Part shown: piece by piece, positions 24,501 through 37,142 of the stretch
How the letters are laid out: every line of letters starts with the position of its first letter
Numbering within the stretch: the stretch's first letter is position 1
Assembly (NCBI GenBank): GCA_051294375.1
Contig: JBJCIZ010000239.1
Location: 2,617,476 to 2,681,475, forward strand
Direction of reading: 5' to 3'
DNA from: Paraspadella gotoi
Taxonomy: Eukaryota; Animalia; Chaetognatha
DNA length: 64,000 nt
Notes under the pieces: model-generated
Seen by the model: only the letters and a program-made list of their open reading frames with translations
Databases searched by the model: none
What the model was told of the DNA's origin: nothing
Program-made: the position numbers and the translations under genes

Positions 24501-26037
24501 CAGTCGACGACGCCACCGCTCAACAATATTCATGAGCCTTCAACTCTGCGCAAAGAAGAATCGTCAAAAGGAACGAACACGGGACCCAATTCCCAAAATA
24601 GGACAATTTTTGATGGCAATTCTCCAAATGACTTGGACCCGGATCGTCGTATTCTCTCGATACCTTCTCCAACCTCTTTAGGCCCTTCATCTTCCGCACA
24701 TTCCCAATTTAAGTCATTTTCCGGATCTTGCGAATCAAACGTCAAAACTCCGACTCCATCTTCCGCAACGACGCGGCACAAAATCCCGTCCTCTTTCTGC
24801 GAAAGGAAAAGGTCGCCTCGTTCGTCGACCACGGAGATTACGATCAAAAATCAGACTCTGGCTTTGGACTTTGGCCCGTCCGAACTTGGCCATAAATCCC
24901 CCGCTTCTTCCCCGCGCTTTCATCGTCATCGACGTCGATCCTCCTTTGGGGATAAGGCCTCTTGCGAGCGGCTCGTGCCTCGATCTGAGGAGCCGATGTC
25001 TAATCGGCATGGATTTGTCGTCAAACCTTACGCTTACTCGGCGCAAGGCCATTCTATGGTAAGGAGGCCGGTTGGTCTTTCTTGAAATTTTTGTAGGATA
25101 GGATGAGATTAAGTTTTTTTTTTTTTTTTTTTTTGGAAAAGATTTGACATCGATAATTTTGTGACGAAAGTTTTCCGTTTAAAACCATCACCTTGGCGGA
25201 AAAACCATGACCAAAAAAAAAATTGTTTTGATTAATTCTAGTTGGAAAGTAAAGGTGACCGCTTTAAATTTAAACATCCGCAAATAACGTGATACAAATA
25301 AAATGATTTGGTCTCGTTTTTTTTTTCAGTATCCGTCCATCCCTTCCCATCAAAACCGTTTCACCATGGACGTCGATTGTCCGATTCGTCCTTGTCACGC
25401 ACCATCTTCTCGTCCTCATCATCCTCCGCCGACGACATACTCTTACCCGTCCGAGTTCGGTCATGTTTGCTCCGCCGCCCTCCCAAATCATTTCCACTCC
25501 AACTTCGGAGCCAGCCCCGCAACTCGCCCCGCTCACGCTCATCTTCCTTATTCTTCTCGTCACTCTCGTCACCCCGACGAGTCCGCCACCGCGGATCACG
25601 TGATACCCGGCGGCGCCGCCGCCGCCGTCGCCGCCAGCAGCCCCGAGGTCCCCCGCCCGTTCGAACTCGACGATCAACTCCTGATCTCCAAAGTTTATCG
25701 AACGATTCGATCGGACGAGGGTTTTCCCGCGGAGGCGTCGTCCACCTCTAATGCGGAGGGAGAGGAAAAGTCCTGGTTAATGGCCGCCTTTCCTCGGAAT
25801 CTCGTCGACGCCGGGGAACTCTTCGAAAGGGGCGAGAAGTCGCAGGATGCGGCTCCGATGAGAAACGTGGACGAAGGAATCGATCCTTCTCGGGCGGAGG
25901 CGCTGGACGGGGTATTTCAGGGACAGAAACGCGGAGAGTCGCCGCTTATTTCCGATGACGACGACGAGAACGGGAATCGACTCGATACTCAACTTACCGC
26001 AATCAACGATTCTTTCGGTTCTCAAGTTTACGTATGA
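18550..26037 (+). CDS. ANKIB1: Ankyrin repeat and IBR domain RBR E3 ligase, ~2076 aa; exons 18550-18950, 19797-20173, 20314-25058, 25330-26037
   Basis: N-terminus MGTASSKFRKHL...LDPNISYG...NTPLH, ankyrin repeats, RING1 (CEIC...CGHSYCRAC), IBR, RING2 (CPSCKSPIQKNEGCNHMKC), Ariadne domain and UIM-like motifs. Confidence 0.93.
19545..19620 (+). repeat. Intronic dispersed hairpin repeat, copy 2 (diverged)
   Basis: ATGTAAGAGAT...AAATGAGATTGAATACATCAATCTCATTTGCATAT. Confidence 0.7.
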
Positions 26038-27182
26038 TCATTCGTGTTTTTTTTTTTCTACTTTTCTATTTAGATATATTACCTGTCATGTATTTATTTT
26101 TAATCGTTTTATACTTGCCTAGTCATTTTAAACATTTTAGCGGTTAACATATTTTTTTTGATTAAAATGAATGCCTTTTTATTTTGCAAGCCTTTGCCAG
26201 ATAAGAGCGAAGGTTTAATCTAATTGAACGAATAATTTAAGCTATCAAACTTCTTATTTGTACAGTTTCGTAGTGAAAAGCCTTGTTCGGAAAGTCATGA
26301 AACCTAAAACCTAAAACCTAATTCACTCAGTGCGGTTGGTCGCATGGAATTTCAATTTTATCGTTGTGTGAAATTGGAATTAATTTTAGACATTTGTGTA
26401 AAGTGTAATTCTACCGTGCATGAAATTCTTTTTTTTTTCTTTTGGGACATGGAACAATAAGAGTTTTTAGAGAGAATTAAATTAGGCGAGTTGGTTCTCA
26501 ACTTTTATACCTATTAGTATGGCAAATGAGCGGTGTTCATTAACTTGTGTGGTTTTTTCAATCGAATATTTAAATTGAATATTTAAATTTAACTTAAATT
26601 AATTTTTTTTATTAAATTGCTCCAAATTCGTCACTTCATTGGTGAGATAATTTTAAATTTTCAGTTTATTAAGTTTTAATTTTACAATGTCACAATATTG
26701 AAACCTAATTTTAGTTTAAACATTTTGCTTGTTTGGACATACAAAAAAAAAATTATTATTATTGTTTATATCTTCCAAAGATTTTTTGAAATATTTTGAA
26801 AATTAGCCGAGGACTCGCTTTAATATCATTAGAAAACAATGGCTTTTTAAAAAAAATTTATAGAAATAAATTGATGCTTTTAATATTAAAATGGTTCTCT
26901 GATTTTGTACTCCTTCCTACTATGCATTTTCTCATTATACAAATCTCCCATTTACTGTTAAAACCTCACAAAAAAAAAGGCTTGTGGTTTTTTGCCTCGT
27001 TCGCACTCTAGTCACTTTTAGTTAATATTACTGGAAACCTTCGTCTAAAATGTGATTATTTTTTTTCTCAGCCAAAAAAAAAAAAAAAACTTTTTGACTA
27101 TGACGCTCACCAAAATTAACCCGGTTTACCTAAAAATAACTTTATGGCGGTTCTCTTAAACTAGAGACGAGAAAAAAGAAAG

Positions 27183-30100
27183 ATGACGCTCTTGGGCGAT
27201 CTCTCCCAGGGACCGAGTTCCGTCAACTCGGTGAACCCGTGGGACGAGCAAGTGGCTAAACTGGTGGAAGAGCTCCTCGGGGTGGTCGGCATCGAAGAGG
27301 CTTTCTGCGGATTCGTGAAACAAAACGAAGAGAATGAGCGCAATAAACTCGCGGGACCCTTGAACTGCTTCCGGTCATTCTGGTCTTCCAAGATTCAACA
27401 CTTGGGCCAAGAGGAACACGACAAGGTCCTCAAGATCTTCGTCCACGCGGCGTCGCGTCAACGAAGTCAGCGGCGCAGCTCCTTTCTCTTTCAACTCCTC
27501 GATCGGATGATCGAGAGCGGGGGGATTCCAGCTCGAAGCGCCTGCGATTCCTTGTTGCAAAATGAGAACCTCACTTACGAAAATTCCCACGTCTGGTCTC
27601 TCACGTTCAAAATAATCCGGAAGCATATCGGTGAGAATGCGTTTCATTTGTGGTTTTTAATGCAGGAAGTATTAAAGACCAACGACTGAATTGTTAAGTG
27701 ACCATGTAAGAGATGATTATTTAATATGATCTTGAATGAGATTGAATCTCTCAATCTCATTTACATATTGCAGTATTAAATCTAAATGTGTCTAATTTCA
27801 TTTTGGATTTTGATATTAGTTCTGTTTCATGGTTTTCTAGTAGCTAAATATAGTCTTTAGCAATGTTAATGATTAACATGAGTCATAGTAATATTTTAAC
27901 TAATTATTCTCTTCTGAGATTGCTTGTTTCTGTAAGGAACTTTGCGTTCTGTTTGGAAGACCTAGTCCTAAAGTATTATAAGTTTTATTTCTTTATACGT
28001 ATTTAGTATATAAATAGCTACATAATCTCCATTCTCAAGGTGGCGTCGATTACAAAGGATGCCGAGATTTTCTTCGCGCAATCTTAGAGCGAGCTCAACA
28101 GATTCCTGACGTTGAAAACGTATCCATCATGGAACAATTGAACGCTCTTGAGGAAGTAAGGGCATCGAGCGTATTCGTCATCTTCCAATGTATGAAATTT
28201 CGTTACCAAACCTTTTTTCAGGTAGTTGCGTATTTGCTGGATCGCAACTCTTGTTTGTTGCCCGCCTACTTCAGCGTCAACGAGATCACCAAAATGTGGA
28301 GCAAAGAACGAGCCTGCCTTCATTGGAAACTGAGCCAAAGATTAGCGAGGTCTGTTCATCGATTGACTCCGTTTTTCGTGAACGTTAATCCAAATAAAAT
28401 GTATCGTTATTAATGATTCATTGATTCAGCTTCGTTCAATCGTTTCGTTCCGTCGCACAAATGGTGACTTGCGTCGGGCGCCAGCATCTTCTTCCGGTCA
28501 TCGGGCATTCGACGATGACTAGCAACGTTTGGAAGCTGCAACCCAACGGTCCGGCGGCCCTTACTTTTACCTACCAAGGTATTTTAAACGATGGGAAAGG
28601 TGAAGAAAGAAGAATAGGGGGGAAAAATTTCTTTTTCCTCGAATTTTTAGGTCCTCTCCCTTACAAAGAGAGTCTTTACGAACCTCAAACGAAACTCCTT
28701 CGATTCGTTTTGGAACAACCCTATTCTCGGGATATGGTAAGGCACAGCTAATCATTGTGTAAGAGATGATTATTTGATATGATCTTAAATCTCATTTACA
28801 TATTGCATTATTAAATCTAAAACTAAATGTGTCTATTTTAGTATAGTACTTCTTAGTAAATGCTTATCCTATCTGAGGCAAACATACCCTCGTATAATTG
28901 TGTCCGTTAACCGTGTCGCGATTGGCTTCCCTTAGGTTTCATTAATGATGTCCTTAAACAAAGCGCAAAAAGTTCGGTGCACTGCGTTGGAGGATCAGCT
29001 GGTGGAAGCCTTGGTCGAGGCTATGAAGCAGACGGCGGCCCAAGACTCCGTTTCCACTGATTCTAGCAAAGGTTGCGTTTAAAGGTTTAAAGGTTTACAT
29101 CTTTTGAAAACTTTATATGTATCGGATTGACTCTTCTTTCTTTGTTACAGACGATGATCTCTTTCGACGTTTGCATTGGCAACATCTCGGTTCTCAATTA
29201 ATTCATTTCGTTCTTTTCCAATTCACGTCGTTTCCCCATATGGTCAATTCTCTGTATAAAAAGTTAGAGACTATCATAAAGGTGTGAATATAATTTTTCC
29301 CGCCTTAGATCATTTAAATAATGATTTCATTGTAATATTAAATAATTATTAATCGATCTAAAGGAAGAGGAGGTCTCAAAAAGCGTCTCTTCAAATGGTT
29401 CGACCAGCATCCGATCCGGGAGACAGCATCTCATGTGGGTTCTCCTTCAGGTTTGCATTCTGAAATAATGTCAGTATGGACTATATATGCTGTATCCTGT
29501 ATAACTCGATGTCCATTGACAACGCCCTTTTCGACTTTACAGTTCATATCTGGCAGCATTCAAAAAAATATGCTTCAAGACTTTTTGCCCGTTTTGCGGT
29601 TGTACGACCTCTTGTATCCGGAGACCGAAGCCATCAGCGTCCCGGATTTCAATCAATCCGAGTCGGCCAATTTGATGGCAATCACCTGCATTTGGATTCA
29701 TCTGCAGAAAAAGGCGCAGAGCGACAACATTCGCCTCCAGCGCTCCATCCCGCCCGCCCTTAAAAATCATCTAGAATTCCTGCAAACTTACACGAAGAAG
29801 GTTGGGAAAATGACGCTGCCCACCACCGACTTTCGTATTTGTCTCCTCTGCAACGCTTACAGCACCAACACTGAACTCTTCAACACTCCTATGACTCACC
29901 TCATCAAAACTATCTACGACACTAACAAGGCGAATCTGCAGATGCCCGGACCCGGAAGCGACGTTCCCGGGTCCAGTTGTATCGCTTCTAGTCCATCTCA
30001 GCCTTTGTCAATGGCGCTCTTGGATTCTCTCACTGTTCATGCCAAGATGAGCCTCATACACAGTATTGTGTCTAAAGTCATGGTACTAGGTGAGTCGATG

Positions 30101-30380
30101 TGAATGAAGCTTTATAGTTGAACGAGCTTGATTCGTTACAATTTTTTACTAAATAAATTTTTAATTTCCTTCATTTTTTCTCCCTCCCTTCTCTTCAGCT
30201 CAAACTAAAACGGGCATCTCCTTGTCCCCATCTCTTGTCGAGACGTATTCCCGATTATTAGTTTATACCGAAATCGAATCGCTGGGCATCAAAGGCTTCA
30301 TTTCTCAAGTTTTACCGAAAATATCCAACGCACAAGCAAGTTTTTTTTATTGTATATTGATAAAAAATTTAAGAAAAGAC

Positions 30381-30434
<54 letters not shown>

Positions 30435-33400
30435 GGCGTGGGGTATCCTTCATACGTTGATTGAAATTTTTGCGTACAAATTTCATCACATTGGCCCGCA
30501 CTACCGAATACAACTTCTTCACCAGTTGCATTCTTTATCTAGCGTCATTCACCACAATTTAAATCAGCTTCACATCTGCGCTGAATCCGCGGTATTAAGG
30601 TATAAAAGAGTAATCAAAATGAAATAAAAAATTTGTTTCAGGTATCTGCGGCTGTCAGTATTCATTATACAGCATTCAACGAATTTTTTTTTCTTAAATT
30701 AAGTTTAAAAAAAAAAGATCCCGAAAAAAGGAAAATCAACTTTCCTTAAAGTTTCAAGAAATCGTCCTGCAGAGTTCCCGTCTGGTATGCCTTGACGCGA
30801 ACTGGATGAAGTGTATTGAAATCTGGGTGCTCCAAAGAATACTGTAAAAAATCGAAAAATAGTTTTAATAAAAACGTTTTATAGATAATAGCGTTTTCAG
30901 AACTTGCCTTGATCTTTTCCTGGTATTCCTTTTCTCGTTGGAGACAGTGCAAGTACAATCTTTCTTCTTCTTTCTTTTGGTTTTCGTCCAACTGGCCATT
31001 GTAATCAATCTGCTGTTCCAAGTCGTGCTTGTGACATTCGTCCCTGCGTTTCAGAACGAGAATCGGTGTCGTCGCGGCGTTGGAGTTGCTCGTGGTTTTC
31101 TCGATCTGACCTGTGACGACGATCTGCGGCCTTTTTCCTTTCCAGAGCGAGGCTTTCCTCTATCGCCTCCCAGTTCTCTTTGGCTTCGATCTCCGATTGT
31201 TTCTTTCTCTCCTTTTCTTTCTCCGCTTGGTTGGCGATCGCTTCGTTCCAAGAACCAACCGTTTCCTAATTTGTTATTTGTTCATTGATTTAGCAAGTCA
31301 ACAATCATTGTCTTTTCGCTCGTTTTATTCTTTGGGGGTCATAAGCTTAAAAATTAAAAGAGTGGTTTTTTTTCGATGTAACTTTACCGTTTGAAGTCTG
31401 CAGCGCCGATCTTTGTTTCGCTGCCACTCAGCTTCACGAACTTGCCTCGCGCGTTCCATTTCTTTTTCCGCCAACACACCGATTTTGGCGTCCTCACATT
31501 CGCGTTGTTCTTTTAACGCCTTCTGATATTCCGAGTACCTATTTTATTTATATTTTAACGTTTAAAAAGTGAAAAAAAAGATTTGGATCATACTCTCGGC
31601 AAAGCTTACGTATCCAGCTCCTCCTTAATTCGCGCTTTATTGGCTATTAATCCCAGTCTTTCCTCCTCCAATTCCCTCTTTATTCGCTCCACCATCTCCG
31701 TGTCCATTTTCAATTCCTCCAGCTGCTTTTGACACTCTCTCCTCGCCGCCATTTTGCGAATCACTCCCAACTCCCGTCGGTAGTCGGACAACCGCTTCTC
31801 CTCCTTAATCTTTTCCGTTATCTGCTCTAGCTTCATGATCTCCTCCTGCTCTTGGAGTAGACAGGCTGCGAAGGGTGATTTAAACGAACCAAGATTAGGA
31901 GAAAAAAAAACTCTTTGGCAATTCTTTCCTCTGAAGATGGGTATCTGGCTAAAGGTAGGTTCTGGCTAGTCTCTCATTAGGTAAAAGAGGTAAGTAAGGT
32001 GTATCTTGCTTTTTTCCCCATCGCGAAGACTCACCCTCTTCCTCTTCTTCTTTTTTTCTCTCCGCTTCCCTCCTCATGCCGGCGGTGTTGGAATTGCGGA
32101 CCTCTTCGGCCCAGGCTTTTAATTTGCTCTGCCTCATCGTTTGTTCCCTCACCTCCCGCTCCTCCTTGACCAGTCTGTCTTCCTCCCACTGTTTGGCCCA
32201 CATGGCATCCATTCTTTCTTCTTCCCGTTTTTTCTCCTTGTTCCTCTCTATTAAGACGAGATTGTCGGCGGCGTTTGCCATCTCGAATCGATGTCTCAAC
32301 GCCCCGCGCATGTCGTCGCAGTTTCGACTTATAAAAATTAGGGGGAAAAAATTTGGAAAAAAATGTAAGGTTAGTATTAATTTTTCATCTAGTTTTATAA
32401 TATTAATATATACTAATTCTTTTTACGATGTCATTTATGCTTACTTACGTGGCAAACAATATAAATATATATTTATTTAAAATTTAAATATATTTTCCTT
32501 AACTTGTATGGAGATATGTTTTACCGAAATTGCGCCTCGTATCTACTAGCGACGTCGCCCATTCGTTTCTCTTCTCGTTTTGCGCGAAATTCGTTGGCTC
32601 TCGCTCGCATTTTCGCTTGTCGTTCCAGTGGAGTTTCTTTTCCTTTATCCATTTCTTTTACCTGGTGATGATCGTCGCCGTTGCTCAACGAAGCAATAGT
32701 AGCTTTTTTTAAAATAACCTTTTCAACTTACTTGCTCAGCCTCTTCTTCCATGAGCATGTTTCTAAGGCTTTCTCTCCTGACTTCCAGCTTAATCATGTC
32801 GCCCAGTCTCATTTTGGTCACTTCTCTCACGATGTTCTTCTTGAACATCTTCTTACTAAGATTATCCTCGAACTCATAGCGTAAATCCTCATAGGCTTTA
32901 AGTTTTCGGGCTCTTTCCAGGTTCTCCAGGTATATAGCCTCGTCGTTTCTCGCCCTTAAAAAGAGAGGATTAACTTGTTACAATAACCAACTCAATGACA
33001 AAATATTCTCACAGACTTCATCTTGGCGGCGAGTAAACAAGTGTTAGGCTTCTTGGCGATGAGGGCGTAGGAGCCCGGCTGGGCCCCTTGAACCAGGCGA
33101 GGCTTCTCCGGAGGTTCCTTCCTCTTGACGAGTCCATCTTCTGTGCAAAACATTTTTGTTTTTGGTAGAGAACGAGAACCGTGGAGGATATAGTCTTTTA
33201 AATCGCTTTTACCCTAATTTTCGCTGAGATTTGAGAAAAGTTTTTCGAGTGATTTTAGATCTTGTCGGTTATTCTTATAGTCTATTTATTAGCTAAACTT
33301 TTTGAACTTAAATTTTGAAATATTTTTTTAAGATTATGAAATTTGATTTTTAGGCTTTTAACCGGATTGGGTTCTGCCGAAGTTCAGCCGCAATTATCCA

Positions 33401-36400
33401 GATTATTTTCGGATATGAGGTGAGAAACATCGAGTAATAATTCCGTCATTAAATAAAAAATTTAGATTTCGTTTAAAGTTTGATCAATTTAGATTTCTAA
33501 TTTTCTTTGTAGAGAATCGCGTCCGTTGTCCCTAATATCTCCCGATTCCGAGGAACTCAATCGGGTGTTGGTTTTGACCCTTGCTCGAGCGATGCACGTG
33601 ACCGGAAGCGAAGCCGCCGGCTCGGTCTGGATGAAGGAGTTTCTGTCCGCCATCAAATCAAGCACGCCTCACGCCTGGTCGCAGCACACTCTTTCCGCTT
33701 TTCCTCAAGCGTTGCAAGACTTTTTTCAGGTTAGTACCTCGACTACCTTCATACGTCTATGAGGGGAGGGCGGTGGACTTACCACCTAGAAATACAAAGA
33801 ACGCTTTTGCTTAAAGTAAATAAATGATATAAAATATCCGCAATTTGACTCTGTAGTATCTGGGAAAATCGCAGGTGCGGAAAAAGCGAGCAAAAGATGT
33901 AAACGGGGACATTTCTTTCATTCAAGGCGAACACTGTTCCCAAAGAAAATCGACTACAACTTAAAAAAGTTGTGGAGGACGACTACAGAAAATGGAAGGC
34001 GGGAATCGCGGGCAGCATGAATGAAATGGATTTGATCAATAACTTCTCGGGTTAATTTTAATCCTCGTTGCCAATCGTAATAATTTTGTTATGGTGAGAC
34101 GACTGTATTTAAATCGTTCATTTTCAGGTACAAACCCTGGTTCTACGTTTCTTTGCGTCATTTTCAAGTCGATGGTGGATGGAGACCGTTTGAATGCGAC
34201 CGTTTACAGGGTTCTCGAAAGAATCGGTAAGTTAGAAATGTAAAGATCGCGACGAGATCCCGTTTGTTGCCATAATGATACATTTTTGTTCAGGAGCAAA
34301 AGGGATGATGGTCCACATTCGGACTTTAGCCGATTTTTTGGTAACGCATTTTTCTGGGGCCATGGGAAGCCAAGATCCTCTACTGAACAAATACATGGAG
34401 TGCCTGAACCAAATGATTTGGAAATACAATATCGTGCCGATGGAACGACTGATTCTTGTTCTTTCCATTCGGTTTTACGAAGCGAATGAAGCCCAGGTGA
34501 ACAAAAAAAAATATAAATATATTGATAGTAAATTGTAAAAAAAAAGATATTGTGAGAATAATCATAACTTATCATCTGATTAGCTGTTTACCGTTAAATT
34601 ATCCTGGGCAGATCCGGCAATCTTTGTTCAAACCCTTGTCCCGTAATCCGGCTCCGGTTTTTCTCACAAGTTCATTTATTTTAATTTACAGGTCTCCTTT
34701 TATACGATACTTAACATCTTAAAGACCTCAGAATTCTCATCGAGAGTAACGGACCTGACTAAGGATTTGTCTCCTCAACATTGGTTGCAGGTGAAATATA
34801 ATAATTTTATTTATAATAATAATAATAATAATAATAATTTTAATTATTTTATTTAGGATGATTGGCACGAGAAGCATCTGAATTACCACCAGAAGTATCC
34901 CGATCGATTTTTTCACGAGGGATTGCAACTCGCCGTCGGATTGAATCCGCAACAAACTTACCTGCCGACTTATTACGGAAACGTTTGCTTCAGACTTTTT
35001 CCCGTCCTCGACGTCGTTCTGCATCGTTTTATCGAGATGACGCCGAGTGAGTTTTCATGCTCGCATTTTTCCGCAACTTTAGTCTTTGGCCTGTTATTAT
35101 TTATACTTGTTGACAAATATTTTTTTGTTGCTGCAATGTTACTTTTTATCTGATATTTTCTAATTTTTATTTTAGACACGCGTCATCTTCTCGAAAATTT
35201 TCTCGATGTCGTCGGCCCACTTTTCAAGTTTCACGAAAAACCCATCACATATCTATACAATACTCTTCATTATTACGATAAAAAGCTTAAAAGGTAAACT
35301 GTGAACTTTAACCTTAAACGTAACGGCGCAATTGGGTTTCCTTACCCAAATTCTTTTCATCTCCAGCCAACCGGGTCTGCGCAAAAAACTTGTCGTTTCC
35401 ATCCTTTCAAACGCTCAACGTGACCCCAAACAACCCTACTGGTGCCTCTCCGAAACATTCGTCCAAAAATACATCCGAGTCCAAACCTCCGGCACCTCGG
35501 AACGGACGACGTCCGGCCCCGATTCCTGGGACCCTGACATGGATTATTATCTTCAACTCGTGTCCCGATTGGTCGACACGCTCGACGGGCGCCGCCCACC
35601 GCCTTTCCCCGACGCTGATTGGCGCTTCAACGAGTTTCCCAACGCCGCCTCGCACGCTCTCTACTCGGTCGCGGTGGAACTGATGGCGTCGCCGACGACG
35701 GAGAGCAAGCAAGTCTCCAAGTCCTTGATGAACCTCGTCCTGAGACACCACCTCAAAATCCCGCGGCGCGCCATTGGAGTCTTCATGAATGTTGTGGGGT
35801 TGACGTTGACGTCGCTACCGGATTCCTTCCTTAACGCCTTGGACGACGAGATTGTGGAGATGGTCAAACACCCCTTTTTGAAGGACGTGAGTTTAATTTA
35901 TATATAATATAAATTTTGAAATGAATATGTAAGACGGTTGCAATCATTGCATTTTTGTCTCTTTAGTTTTACCAAGAATTCTTTGGCCTCGTTGAACCTT
36001 CGACCTCCAACGAATCGCCCATCAATCGCCAAGCGCAAGCGATGTTCGAGCTCTTTGACTTTGAGACGGCGCACGCGATGTTCGCCGAGACCCCCGTCGC
36101 TTCCTTTCTCGCGTTGGCGCACGCGGTCTGGCAACACGCGTCCATCGGCCAATTGAGCCATATTCCTCAGCTTTTGAAAGACTTGGTAAGTAAATAATGA
36201 GAAATCCCTTGCATATTTTTTTTGTTGAATTTCCCTCATTCTCGTTCTCACGAAAATTGTCTTCAGGTTAAGCCCATAATCGAGACAGAGGCTCAATTCC
36301 TTTTCATCTGTCACCTCGTTGGCCCGCTGCTGCAGCGATTCCATCACGAGCGAACGCGTTGCATCATGGAACTCACCCTCGCCCTCTACGAACTCCTCGT

Positions 36401-36765
36401 CGCCGTCGATCACAAAACGGCCGCGCGGTCGTCCGCTTCATCCGGGGTCCCCGGGGTCGACCCTCAACATCTCTACGCCATGGACCCCATCTGCGACTTT
36501 CTCTACCACATTAAGTACATGTTCGTCGGAGATGGAGTGAGAGCGGAAGCCGAGCGATCGATCAGAGGGTAAGCAACTCGTCTTCGGATCTTTCTCTCTT
36601 ATTTCGACTTACCTTTTTACTTACATTCTCTTCTTTTAAAGTCTCCGTCCGGCGTTGCAAGTTCGACTCCGCTTCATATCCCATCATCCAATGGATCACG
36701 CCAACGTCGCTTCGCAAAACGCGCCGGTCGTGGGAAGCGCGGCCGCCCCAGTCACAGTTTCCTGA
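27183..36765 (+). CDS. MED23: Mediator subunit 23, about 23 exons
   Basis: Motifs GGVDYKGCR, LLDRNSCLLPAYF, LLRFVLEQPYSRDMV, LLDSLTVHAKMSLIH, ETYSRLLVYTEIESLGIKGF, DWRFNEFPN, DFLYHIKYMF and LRPALQVRLRFISH. About 22 in-phase introns were traced by eye. A 2754-bp intron lies at 30600-33353. Confidence 0.95.
27704..27794 (+). repeat. Intronic dispersed hairpin repeat, copy 3
   Basis: Nearly identical to 2467-2557 over its 3' half. Confidence 0.85.
28758..28835 (+). repeat. Intronic dispersed hairpin repeat, copy 4 (internal deletion)
   Basis: TGTAAGAGATGATTATTTGATATGATCTT...AATCTCATTTACATATTGCATTATTAAATCTAAA. Confidence 0.85.
30381..30434. repeat. (TTA)18 microsatellite in a MED23 intron
   Basis: Direct reading. 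It runs up to the acceptor AG. Confidence 0.95.
30746..33153 (-). CDS. CFAP53: Cilia- and flagella-associated protein 53 (CCDC11), multi-exon, nested antisense in a MED23 intron
   Basis: ATG at 33153 (MFCTEDG...). Coiled-coil exons EVRRESLRNMLMEEE, EEERMDAMWAKQWEEDRLVKEERE and C-terminal LHPVR resemble recalled CFAP53 (EERRNKLRELLALEE, EEQMFSKLWEEDRLAKEKRE, MHPIR). GT-AG introns are present on the minus strand. Confidence 0.8.
34813..34838. repeat. (ATA)n microsatellite in a MED23 intron
   Basis: Direct reading. Confidence 0.9.
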
Positions 36766-37142
36766 CTAAAAAAAAAAACTAATTAGAGATTTGAAGGAGA
36801 ACTCGGATCTTGCCAATCGTTTGGCATTGTTTTTTATCATGACACAAAGTTTTTGTTCCAGCTTTGGTTTTAAGACGGTTTTAGTATGTGCTTTGAAGCA
36901 GTTGGTGCAAAGGTTCTCGTCTCGTTTTCAAACCGGTTGAATTCAACAACCTTCCGAGTTTACTACATAAAATATTTGAAAAGCACATTGTTTTGTGTTT
37001 AACTCAGTTTTGATTGGAACGATTACTTTTATAGATTTTACGTGATACATTTTAAAACTTATCATTCCATTTTATTTGAATAACCTGGTAGATTATTTCA
37101 TGTCCGAGCCAAGAATAAAGACTCCGCAAATCAAGACCAAAC

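Noticed and set aside
36763-36786. MED23 stop in a UGA-CUA readthrough context
   Set aside because: It would add only about 7 residues from a poly-A run, and there is no supporting evidence.
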